Assembly (NCBI GenBank): GCA_943349945.1
Contig: CALQZS010000001.1
Coordinates: 213,739 to 277,738, forward strand
DNA length: 64,000 nt
Reading direction: 5' to 3'
Origin: Candidatus Nomurabacteria bacterium
GTDB lineage: Bacteria > Patescibacteriota > Minisyncoccia > Phycocordibacterales > SBAW01
The notes below the pieces were generated by a model that saw only the letters and a program-made list of their open reading frames with translations, ran no database searches and was not told where the DNA came from. Positions 55,352 through 64,000 of the stretch are shown one piece after another. Within the stretch, counting starts at the first letter, position 1. The number at the start of each line of letters is the position of its first letter. Made by a program: the position numbers and the translations under genes.

Positions 55352-57652
55352 ATGGTAAAGAAGATATTTTATGTCGTACTCATTACTGCAGCGGTAGTGG
55401 GGATTGTCGCCCTTATTTGGTGGTTTTTTAATCGCGACACCACTCCAGCTCAGACAGGAAGCGGCACTTTTGGTTCTGGCCAAGACGCACCACAAAGTGG
55501 TAATGCTGTCGGCGGCACCCCTACAAACGTGGCGTTGCCTATAGAAGGACAAAATGTAGGACAAGGAGGATTAGGAAGCAGCCAGAGCATACCTGCAGGC
55601 ACCTACACTGTACGTACAGGAACCCTAGCGCGAGGAAGTTATACCCTTGCACCAGCAGAAAGCTTTGGCACGTATACGGTAACTTCTGTAAACGGGGGGC
55701 GGCTGGAAGCTGGCCAATACACCTTTGCCGCACCAAACCTAACCACCACATACGGAGTTATGTTGTCTCCAATGGGCACTTCGTCGAATGTATATACCAT
55801 TACACCTGGGCAGATACGGAGCAACATTGTAGACGGTATAGTGGGCACCTCGACCAATACAGGGAACATCGGTGTACCGGGTGTTACCTGGCTCTCGGGT
55901 ACTACCACAAACAACGGTACCACCGGTAACAATGCAGGCACAGTATTTAATCCCACAGGCATAAATCAGCTAAATAATGACACCCCAAGTGGCGGCGTAT
56001 TGCCAAATATAAGCGGCGGAGGGGGAGGCACCGGCTCACAAGGCGGACTGGGGCTAGGAGGAGCTTTGGTTGGCGCCGCAGTTGCGGGCGGTCTTAGTTG
56101 TGGAGCAGCAGAGGCACTTGCGTGGGCTGGTAAGGCTCTGGGAATTACTGAGAGCACTACACTGGGAGCTCCTGGAGTAGCACTTACAGTAGGAGGGGAG
56201 GGAATAGAACTTGGACTCACTCCAATATCGGTTTCGACCGTAAACAACGGACAAACAACGGTTCTTACGGGCACAAATGCTTTGCTGGGAGCAATTCTTA
56301 TTAAACTTGGTGGCGCTCATGGGGAACAAAAGGTGGACGATTCGATTAATACTTTTTGGAGTTGCCTCGCCCGAACCGTGGCGCGCATAGCACTCAACCA
56401 AATCACCAACAGCGTGGTCAACTGGATAAACTCGGGCTTTGGCGCAGACGGCGGCCCTGGGTCGGGCGGACCATCGTTTGTAACCAACCCTGAACGCTTT
56501 TTTACTAACCTGGCAGACAAAACGGCAGGGGAGTTTATCAAAGGCAGCTCGCTCTCGTTCCTATGTAGCCCATTCCAACTACAGATACGCATCGCCATAG
56601 CCAAAAGCTACGCCCAACGCAACGCGTACTCGTGCACGCTCACAGGAGTTACCAACAACATACGCAACTTTATGAACGGCAGCTTCAGCGCCGGAGGGTG
56701 GCCAGCCATGTTGTCGTACACGACCATGCCCACCAACAACCCGTACGGTGCATTTATGTATGCCGAAGCAGGCTTAAGCTACAGCGTACAAACAGCGCAA
56801 GGTGAGCAGCGCCGACAACTGTCGTTAGGTAACGGCTTCCTCGACTTTAAGCAAAAGAAAAACTGTCGCAACTCGTTTGTGCGTCCGGACGCATCAAGCG
56901 GCCAGTCGGTGAGCGAGGTGGACACAGGAAACGGCACCATGTACGAAAGTTGCGACATAGTGACCACCACCCCGGGCAATGTTATCGCCCAAGCAATAGG
57001 TGCAACCGAGAGCAGCACACTCGACCAGCTGAGTCTGGCAAAAAGCTTTGACGAGATAATCAGCGCACTTATCACCCAACTGATGACCCGCACACTCCAA
57101 GGCGGCCTCTTGAACCTGAGCGGGCAAGACGGGTATGCAAGCAACTTCTACTCTGCCGAAGAACTTGCTGCACAGCGCCAAGCGCAAGACTTCTTAGAGG
57201 AGCTACAAACAGACTCCAGTGTGGCACAAAATCTTGGGACAATTAAACAGGGGAGTATCCAAGACATCCAGAGCGCACAGCGCCGGTTGAGCGAGTTGCG
57301 CAACTGTTGGCTTGGTACAAGCGCGGCCGGAGCTGCAGAAAATGCTGCCGCAGCATCCAGCACCGTCGCCATGCTCGAGACACGGGTCGCATTCTATAAT
57401 GACCAAATACTCCGCATAAACGAAACCATTACCACATTGGTGGAATTCCAAAGCCGCACACTGTCGGCCGGCTCGCTAAGCGACCTAGAGGCGGTGCGAC
57501 GCGACCACAGCGCAGCCGCTGCACAAGGTAGACTCGTGTCATCGGTAGACATCACCACTGCGCAACAAGACCGCGCAACACTGCAAAGCCAGATGGCAAC
57601 CATAAACCAACAAACAACAGCAGGACTCACACAATGCAATGCATTTAGGTAA
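55352..57652 (+). CDS. Large membrane-anchored Gly/Thr/Asn-rich surface protein with C-terminal coiled coil (T4SS-operon member)
   Basis: N-terminal TM MVKKIFYVVLITAAVVGIVALIWWFF; low-complexity G/T region; coiled-coil C-terminus. Confidence 0.45.
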   Translation: MVKKIFYVVLITAAVVGIVALIWWFFNRDTTPAQTGSGTFGSGQDAPQSGNAVGGTPTNVALPIEGQNVGQGGLGSSQSIPAGTYTVRTGTLARGSYTLAPAESFGTYTVTSVNGGRLEAGQYTFAAPNLTTTYGVMLSPMGTSSNVYTITPGQIRSNIVDGIVGTSTNTGNIGVPGVTWLSGTTTNNGTTGNNAGTVFNPTGINQLNNDTPSGGVLPNISGGGGGTGSQGGLGLGGALVGAAVAGGLSCGAAEALAWAGKALGITESTTLGAPGVALTVGGEGIELGLTPISVSTVNNGQTTVLTGTNALLGAILIKLGGAHGEQKVDDSINTFWSCLARTVARIALNQITNSVVNWINSGFGADGGPGSGGPSFVTNPERFFTNLADKTAGEFIKGSSLSFLCSPFQLQIRIAIAKSYAQRNAYSCTLTGVTNNIRNFMNGSFSAGGWPAMLSYTTMPTNNPYGAFMYAEAGLSYSVQTAQGEQRRQLSLGNGFLDFKQKKNCRNSFVRPDASSGQSVSEVDTGNGTMYESCDIVTTTPGNVIAQAIGATESSTLDQLSLAKSFDEIISALITQLMTRTLQGGLLNLSGQDGYASNFYSAEELAAQRQAQDFLEELQTDSSVAQNLGTIKQGSIQDIQSAQRRLSELRNCWLGTSAAGAAENAAAASSTVAMLETRVAFYNDQILRINETITTLVEFQSRTLSAGSLSDLEAVRRDHSAAAAQGRLVSSVDITTAQQDRATLQSQMATINQQTTAGLTQCNAFR

Positions 57653-60455
57653 TTACATAGCCGCACAAAAACAGTTTCTTATAGTTGCTGCTTTTGTGCT
57701 GCTTTTTGGTGCAATCTCCTTTTTACCAACGCAAAATTGGACACCGAAAGTACAGGCGCAATTTACCGCTTACGAATCAGGAGAAGCTCAGCGCACTGGC
57801 CAAACACCCGGCGATGTGGCTGTTCAAAATCAGACAAAAAAAGAGGATCCTTTAAACAAAATAAGGAAAGAGGACAAGTGGTGCACCGAGGCAAGCACTT
57901 GTGTGTCTGGAATTATATATGTTTTCTCTGTTGGTTTGGGGAGCATGCTTGCCTATATGGGTAGCTCCGTACTCAATCTAGGTATCCAATTGTCGCTCCA
58001 AAGCGAGGCGTACTCACAATTGTTCCTTACCACGGGGTGGGCTGCGGCGCGAGACATCGCCAACATGCTCTTCATCTTTATCCTCATTTATATAGCCTTT
58101 ACCATCATATACAGCGCCGAGACAGCCAACACTATGAAGACGCTCGCTGCGGTTGTGGTAATGGCACTGCTTATTAACTTTAGTTTTTTTATTACGCGTG
58201 TCGTGGTCGACGCGGGCAATATCCTTGCGGTACAGTTTTATAATGCTATTGAAACTCCACAATTATCACAAACAGCTGCCAATAGTACACTTGCAGATGC
58301 AACAAATCGACTCGGTTTTTCTCCCGGGGACAAAAAAGACCTTACGTTTTATCTAATGGAGACAGTAAAGGTCCAAAATATTTTAAATGAAACTTCCTTT
58401 AAAAAGTTTACCGACCAAAACGGTTTCCTCACCAACCTTATAGTGCAAAGCACTGTCTATATTGTTCTTGGATGGGCATTCGCCATTATTGCGCTGACTT
58501 TTTTTGCAGTTGGGTTTAAATTTGTCCTACGCATTATTGTGCTGTGGTTTGTAATTATCGCCGCGCCATTGGCCTTTGCTATGCGCGCATTCGCCAGCAA
58601 TGACACCGCGCGCAAGTTCTACAACGAATGGCAGAGTGCGCTGCTTAAATTTTCGTTCTACCCAGCAGTCTTCCTCTTCATGTTCTTAATAATGAACTTT
58701 ATTATGCGCGAGATGGGTGGAGGGGGAGGTCTTATACCGGGTTTGTTTGAAGATTTGTCAAAAATCAGTGTCACGAACAACGACACTCTTGGTTTAGCTG
58801 CGCTCGGCGCCGCAATGGCACAGGTTATTATCCGCCTGGGCTTTGTGGTGGTGATGCTGTTGTTTGGACTCAAGTTAGCAGACCAAATTATGCTAAGCGG
58901 TAGCACCTTTGCCGAAAATTTTACCAAAAAAGCGAGCGAGAAGATGAAGGGGTTTGCATACCGAAACACTGCCGGCCGCGCTTTATATGGCACCAACAAA
59001 GCACTTGAGCGAAGCAAGTGGGCAAACAAACCCGGCGCCGTAGGATGGATTGGCACCAAATTGCGCAAACAGTCGTTTGCATTTGCAGACAAAAGTTACG
59101 GAGGCATGCGTTCGCGCGTAGGGGTGCTTAAAGATAAAAGTTCTGCTTTGGAAGAACGCAAGGGTTTGCTAGCAAAAATAACGAACAAAGAACGTGATGA
59201 TGCAAGGAAGGCGCGCATAAAAACAACGGTAGACAAATTAGCTCCAGAAACTCATGCATCGCTAACCATAGAAGATATTCGTCTTATAGAAAGTCTTACT
59301 AAGAAAGATTACGAGGCGTTAGGTGAAACAAATACCGCAAAAATAGCTAGTTATTCAACACCTAACACTCCTTATGAAAAATTCTGGAGCGATGGGAAAA
59401 CCCGCATGATAGGTGAGATTGACGCTTTTACGGATAATGGGAAGACCCAAATTCATGCATCTCGCGAATCGGCACTACAAGATGGCGAGGAAGAGGAATT
59501 TATTAGAAAAAAACGCGCTGAAAAAGAGGCGACTGAAAAGAAAGAGGCGGAAGATGCAAAAGCAGCGGAAAACAAAAAGCGCGCCATTAGGATGGCTTTA
59601 AACCGACCAGACTTTCTACCACCAGACAATACACCCCCATTCATTCCCCCGGGCACGAAAGAACCTAGACAACAAAACAGAGGCGGAAATTCTCAACCTC
59701 GACAGCGCATCTCTCGCCTCGCACGCCCAGATATTGCCGACAGGCTCTTGGAGAAGATTGATGCTGGTTGGGCAAATGTAAAACCACGAGAGTCTCGTGC
59801 AGCAGAGTTCACGAACCTCGACAAAGCGCTTGCGGGAGTCGCAGAAGTGGCCACACGTGCTCAGGCTCGGGCCGCAACACAACCCCCTGCAGCCCGCAGC
59901 CTATATATAAACCAGCCCGCCGACGCTACAACACAGACAAAAAATATCCCAATAGACACCACTCACAGCATGCCGTCGCGCGTGTCTCGTCTAGATCCTG
60001 CACACACAGAGCAACCAACAAATACAACACCAACTCCGCAAACTACTCCTATATCAACTCCCACCACCCCTAAAACGCCCGCACCTCAAACCAGTCTTGC
60101 TTCTTGGTGGAATGTTCCTAAAGACCCTGCAGCAGAGCAACTAAAAGCATTGCACGGTATCAAAAAAGAGCTTGAGGAGATGCGCGAGCATGCCGCAGAA
60201 ACAGTGCCACATAATAAAACAACTGAAGCGCCCGTAACCATAAATCAAACAGTGGTACAAGTTGGGAGCACACCACCCAAGACAATAACTCCAGAGGCAA
60301 AGGAGTTACTTGCGTCTATAGATAAAGGCGGCGTACCAGCATTTATGACCCAAAATCTGCGTCGCGTGCTGCAACAAAATGGCATCAAAAATAGTGACAT
60401 CTCGCAAAGACCTCTAAACGAGTTGCTTGAGCAGCTGCGCAAGTTGCAAGCATAA
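57639..60455 (+). CDS. VirB6/TrbL-like polytopic T4SS channel protein with ~480-aa hydrophilic C-terminal extension
   Basis: Multiple TM helices over ~450 aa in a TrbL-like arrangement; C-terminal K/E-rich then P/T-rich tail. Confidence 0.5.
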   Translation: MHLGNYIAAQKQFLIVAAFVLLFGAISFLPTQNWTPKVQAQFTAYESGEAQRTGQTPGDVAVQNQTKKEDPLNKIRKEDKWCTEASTCVSGIIYVFSVGLGSMLAYMGSSVLNLGIQLSLQSEAYSQLFLTTGWAAARDIANMLFIFILIYIAFTIIYSAETANTMKTLAAVVVMALLINFSFFITRVVVDAGNILAVQFYNAIETPQLSQTAANSTLADATNRLGFSPGDKKDLTFYLMETVKVQNILNETSFKKFTDQNGFLTNLIVQSTVYIVLGWAFAIIALTFFAVGFKFVLRIIVLWFVIIAAPLAFAMRAFASNDTARKFYNEWQSALLKFSFYPAVFLFMFLIMNFIMREMGGGGGLIPGLFEDLSKISVTNNDTLGLAALGAAMAQVIIRLGFVVVMLLFGLKLADQIMLSGSTFAENFTKKASEKMKGFAYRNTAGRALYGTNKALERSKWANKPGAVGWIGTKLRKQSFAFADKSYGGMRSRVGVLKDKSSALEERKGLLAKITNKERDDARKARIKTTVDKLAPETHASLTIEDIRLIESLTKKDYEALGETNTAKIASYSTPNTPYEKFWSDGKTRMIGEIDAFTDNGKTQIHASRESALQDGEEEEFIRKKRAEKEATEKKEAEDAKAAENKKRAIRMALNRPDFLPPDNTPPFIPPGTKEPRQQNRGGNSQPRQRISRLARPDIADRLLEKIDAGWANVKPRESRAAEFTNLDKALAGVAEVATRAQARAATQPPAARSLYINQPADATTQTKNIPIDTTHSMPSRVSRLDPAHTEQPTNTTPTPQTTPISTPTTPKTPAPQTSLASWWNVPKDPAAEQLKALHGIKKELEEMREHAAETVPHNKTTEAPVTINQTVVQVGSTPPKTITPEAKELLASIDKGGVPAFMTQNLRRVLQQNGIKNSDISQRPLNELLEQLRKLQA

Positions 60456-60492
60456 TCTGCTGCTATGGTAGAATATGCGTATATAACGCTGT

Positions 60493-60996
60493 ATGGAAGA
60501 AGCATTGGACGACAAAATTACAAAACGCCTTGCTGAGTTGCCCGCAGACGTGCGCCAAGCGGTCGAGTCGGTAGACATGGGGGAGAAAATACGCGCCATT
60601 GGCACACGCCACGGGCTCCACGTCGACCAGTTGGGCGCCCTAGAAGACGAGATAATGCTTGTTATGTTGGGATTTGCCGACCCAGGCGCCTTTACCGAGC
60701 GCCTTGAAGCAGGGCTGCACCTGTCTGCCGAGCAGGCCGCGCAAGTTACAGAAGAGGCGGTTGAGCAGTTTTTCCTCCCCATCCGCGAGTCTATGAAGCA
60801 TTTTATGGCTGCCCAGGCAGCGAGCCATACTTTGGAAGCACCGCACACAACAGAACCTGTTGCTGCGCCAAAGATGCCCGCAGCCGAGCAGATGCTCGCA
60901 GAAAAAACAGTGGTGGTACCACCCAAACCAGAAACGCCAAACACCGCACAAGTGCGCACCTACACAAAAGACCCGTACCGCGAGCCGATAGAGTAG
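60493..60996 (+). CDS. Hypothetical protein (T4SS-operon member)
   Basis: 167-aa ORF in operon; no motif recognised. Confidence 0.35.
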   Translation: MEEALDDKITKRLAELPADVRQAVESVDMGEKIRAIGTRHGLHVDQLGALEDEIMLVMLGFADPGAFTERLEAGLHLSAEQAAQVTEEAVEQFFLPIRESMKHFMAAQAASHTLEAPHTTEPVAAPKMPAAEQMLAEKTVVVPPKPETPNTAQVRTYTKDPYREPIE

Positions 60997-61048
60997 GGGT
61001 ACAACTTATCTTGGTCGCACCCCCATACCCCAGGTATACTAAGATACG

Positions 61049-61483
61049 ATGCAGTACCAAGTGCCTCAGTTTATTGAGTTGGAGGATAAAATATTTGGGC
61101 CACTTACGCTCAAGCAGTTTATCTATCTCGCTGGAGCTGGCGGTGTGTGCCTTATATTTTTCACGCTTCTACCTATATACCTCACCATCGTTCTGAGCGC
61201 ACCAGTTGTAGTATTTGCGCTTGCGCTTGCGTTTTACCAAATAAACGGCCGGCCATTTATTGTGGCGCTTGAGCACGGCATGTCCTACTTTTTTGGATCA
61301 AAGCTCTATTTGTGGAAGCAACGCGACCAAAGCCCGCAAAAAGCAGCTGCAAAACCAGCCAATACCCCTGTAGCGCTTGTACCAAAACTCTCTGAAAGCA
61401 AGCTCAAAGACTTGTCGTGGTCGCTCAACATCAAAGACCGCGCACAGGCGGGCATATCCAGCAATGACGACTTGGCGATATAA
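61049..61483 (+). CDS. VirB3/PrgI-like small two-TM protein
   Basis: 144 aa; two adjacent TM helices; position just upstream of virB4, as in Gram-positive conjugation loci. Confidence 0.45.
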   Translation: MQYQVPQFIELEDKIFGPLTLKQFIYLAGAGGVCLIFFTLLPIYLTIVLSAPVVVFALALAFYQINGRPFIVALEHGMSYFFGSKLYLWKQRDQSPQKAAAKPANTPVALVPKLSESKLKDLSWSLNIKDRAQAGISSNDDLAI

Positions 61484-61486
61484 CCT

Positions 61487-62155
61487 ATGGCAGACGAAAA
61501 AGTAAAAGCACAAGCAACACAAGACTTCGTACCTATTAAAGAAGTGCGGGACGGGGTTATTGTCCTCAAGAATGGCAGTTTGCGCATGTTGCTTATGGCG
61601 TCTTCCATCAACCTGGCGCTCAAGTCGCAAAACGAACAAGAGGCCATTATTGGGCAGTTTCAAAACTTTTTAAATTCCCTGGAATTTACGGTGCAGTTTT
61701 TTGTCGAGTCGCGCGACCTAGATATACGGCCGTATATAGCCCTTTTAGAAGACCGCTATGTTGCCGAGTTGGACGATTTGATGAAGATACAGATACGCGA
61801 ATACATTACGTTTATCAAAGACTTTACTGAGCGGTCAAACATTATGTCTAAAAACTTTTTTATCGTCGTACCCTACGACCCGGCAATAGTTGCGCCAGGC
61901 AGCGGGGTAGGGGGGATGTTGAGCGCACTACTACCATCCAAAGACGGGTCAAACGCGAACATAACCTCAGACACACAGTTCGAAGAGTACCGCACCCAGC
62001 TTGAGCAGCGTGTGGCAGTTATCGAGCAGGGCCTGGTGCGCACCGGGGTGCGCATTGCGCCGCTTGGCACCGAGGAGGTGATTGAGCTCTTTTATAAACT
62101 CTTTAACCCTGGCGAACTTGAGAAACCGCTCCAAGTAACCCAGGTTGTACAATAA
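61487..62155 (+). CDS. Hypothetical protein immediately upstream of virB4
   Basis: 222 aa; ends 5 nt before the virB4 ATG. Confidence 0.4.
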   Translation: MADEKVKAQATQDFVPIKEVRDGVIVLKNGSLRMLLMASSINLALKSQNEQEAIIGQFQNFLNSLEFTVQFFVESRDLDIRPYIALLEDRYVAELDDLMKIQIREYITFIKDFTERSNIMSKNFFIVVPYDPAIVAPGSGVGGMLSALLPSKDGSNANITSDTQFEEYRTQLEQRVAVIEQGLVRTGVRIAPLGTEEVIELFYKLFNPGELEKPLQVTQVVQ

Positions 62156-62160
62156 ACACT

Positions 62161-64000
62161 ATGTCTTTTCTTGATTTTTTAAAGGAAAAAAAGCCAGAGC
62201 TAAGTACAGCGCCCGCGGCATCCATCATGCCCGAACAAATATACAAGCAGGGCGTGCTTGAGCTCCAAGATGTTATCGCACCCTCTGCGCTCAAAATCAC
62301 TCCACGCGAGATAAACTTGGGCGACAAAATAGCTCGTACTTTTTTTGTGATGTCATATCCGCGCGTGCTGACCGATTCGTGGTTTGCGCCCATCATCAAC
62401 CTCGACCGCGTGCTCGACATATCTATCTTTGTGCACCCAATAGACTCGGCTGATATTCTTAAAAAATTCCAAAAAAAGGTGGCCGAGGTGCAGTCGCAGA
62501 TAGCCGCACGGGAAGAGAAGGGTTTGGTGCGCGACCCAATATTGGATACCGCATACAACGACTTGGAAGATCTGCGTGACCAACTACAACAAGCACAGGA
62601 GCGCATCTTTGACGTGGGTGTCTACATCACCGTGTATGGAGCATCCACCGAAGAGCTCGACAAAGCCGAGAGTGAGATAAAGTCTATGTTGGAGTCGCGA
62701 CTTATATACGTCAAACCAGCCCTATTCCAACAGAGCCAAGGGTTTAAAACGGCACTGCCGCTCGGGCAAGACGAATTGGCGGTCAATTCAAAGCTAAATT
62801 CGTCCCCACTATCGTCTATATTTCCCTTTGTTTCGTTTGACCTAACCTCCGACAAAGGAATTTTGTACGGCATCAACCGCCACAACGCGAGTTTGGTGTT
62901 GTTTGACCGCTTTAGCCTAGAAAACTACAACTCCGTTATCTTTGCTAAGTCGGGTTCGGGTAAGTCGTATGCAACCAAGCTCGAGATTTTGCGAACACTG
63001 ATGTTTGATACCGAGGTTATTGTTATCGACCCAGAACGCGAGTATGAGTTTTTGGCTCAAACAGTGGGTGGGCGGTACTTCAACATATCACTCAACTCCG
63101 AGCACCACATCAACCCGTTTGACTTGGCGGTGCCACGCGAAGACGAGAGTCCTGCGGACATCTTGCGCTCCAATATTGTGGCTTTGGTGGGGCTTTTTCG
63201 CATTATGCTTGGTGGCCTTACCCCCGAGGAGGACGCGATTATAGACAAAGCCATAACTGAAACGTACGCACTTAAAGACATCACTGTCGACAGCAACTTT
63301 GCCGAAATAGAACCGCCACTTTTGTCTGACTTCGAGATGGTGCTCTCGGGCATGGAGGGGAGTGAGTCGCTGACGCAACGCTTGTCGAAGTACACCAAGG
63401 GCACCTGGTCTGGGTTTATAAACCAAGCAACCAATGTCGACATAAACAAAAAGTTTGTCGTCTTTTCTGTCCGCGATATGGAAGACGATTTGAAGCCTGT
63501 CGCCATGTACCTTATTACCCATTATATATGGAATGCGGTACGCAAAAACCTTAAAAAACGCTTGCTTGTTATCGACGAGGCTTGGTGGATGATGAAGTCG
63601 GAAGACACTGCATCCTTCCTCTACAGCATGGCGAAGCGCGGCCGCAAGTACTACCTGGGGCTTGCGACTATCACCCAAGACGTTGACGACTTTTTGAAGT
63701 CGCCCTACGGCCTACCCATGATCACCAACTCGTCTATACAGATATTGCTTAAGCAGTCGCCTACAACCATAGACAACCTACAAAAAACATTTAACCTCTC
63801 GGACGAAGAAAAGTATTTGCTTTTGGAGTCTGATGTGGGGGAGGGGATCTTTTTTGCAGGCTTAAAACACGTCGCTATTAAGGTTATAGCCTCCTACACG
63901 GAAGATCAGATAATCACCTCTGACCCGTCGCAAGTGCTTGCACTGCGCAAACAGCGTGCGGATATTGCAAACGCACCCACACCACCCACACCTGCGGTAC
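62161..64000 (+). CDS. Type IV secretion ATPase VirB4/TrbE/PrgJ family (5' part; continues past window end)
   Basis: Own translation from ATG 62161: Walker A FAKSGSGKS, Walker B LLVIDEAWW, plus ...RGRKYYLGLATITQD. Absent from the track because it is truncated by the window edge. Confidence 0.85.
   Translation, partial: MSFLDFLKEKKPELSTAPAASIMPEQIYKQGVLELQDVIAPSALKITPREINLGDKIARTFFVMSYPRVLTDSWFAPIINLDRVLDISIFVHPIDSADILKKFQKKVAEVQSQIAAREEKGLVRDPILDTAYNDLEDLRDQLQQAQERIFDVGVYITVYGASTEELDKAESEIKSMLESRLIYVKPALFQQSQGFKTALPLGQDELAVNSKLNSSPLSSIFPFVSFDLTSDKGILYGINRHNASLVLFDRFSLENYNSVIFAKSGSGKSYATKLEILRTLMFDTEVIVIDPEREYEFLAQTVGGRYFNISLNSEHHINPFDLAVPREDESPADILRSNIVALVGLFRIMLGGLTPEEDAIIDKAITETYALKDITVDSNFAEIEPPLLSDFEMVLSGMEGSESLTQRLSKYTKGTWSGFINQATNVDINKKFVVFSVRDMEDDLKPVAMYLITHYIWNAVRKNLKKRLLVIDEAWWMMKSEDTASFLYSMAKRGRKYYLGLATITQDVDDFLKSPYGLPMITNSSIQILLKQSPTTIDNLQKTFNLSDEEKYLLLESDVGEGIFFAGLKHVAIKVIASYTEDQIITSDPSQVLALRKQRADIANAPTPPTPAV

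Noticed and set aside
1-64000. CRISPR arrays and cas genes
   Set aside because: No regularly spaced direct repeats of 24-48 nt with unique spacers were seen. The only tandem repeats are the tRNA 3'-end pseudo-copies (irregular, degenerate) at 32015-32220.

Overview
This window reads as a compact, gene-dense bacterial chromosome segment at roughly 50% GC with many compositionally foreign patches. The gene content is typical of a small-genome Patescibacteria/Saccharibacteria-like organism; that assignment is inferred, not database-verified. The conserved core comprises recJ (partial), an HIT protein, pgk, tpiA, nusA, ppa, a trigger factor lacking its PPIase domain, clpP, RNase Y, HU, rpsO, pnp, xerC/D, exonuclease III, a CCA-adding enzyme, yifB/comM, a UvrD/PcrA helicase and ksgA. 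Four tRNA genes lie on the minus strand: Gly-UCC, Pro-UGG, Gly-GCC and Arg-UCG. None has an encoded CCA, and the Pro gene is overlapped by spurious ORFs in the supplied track. No CRISPR array was found. The candidates I would look at first are: (1) a translationally coupled operon of an unknown 291-aa protein, a YcaO-domain protein and a membrane rhodanese, with a SufS-type cysteine desulfurase 3.4 kb away, which looks like a sulfur-relay-fed peptide-backbone modification system of unknown target; (2) a Gram-positive-style type IV secretion operon at the 3' end of the window, with VirB6/TrbL-like, VirB3/PrgI-like and VirB4 genes; (3) a GspE/PilB-family ATPase with degenerate Walker B and His-box motifs, co-operonic with an 822-aa Cys/Trp-rich FN3/CARDB surface protein; (4) a conserved ~100-nt element downstream of both tRNA-Gly genes, with compensatory base-pair substitutions and tandem tRNA 3'-end pseudo-copies; and (5) several high-GC and AT-rich islets encoding small secreted proteins behind textbook TTGACT-17-TATAAT promoters.
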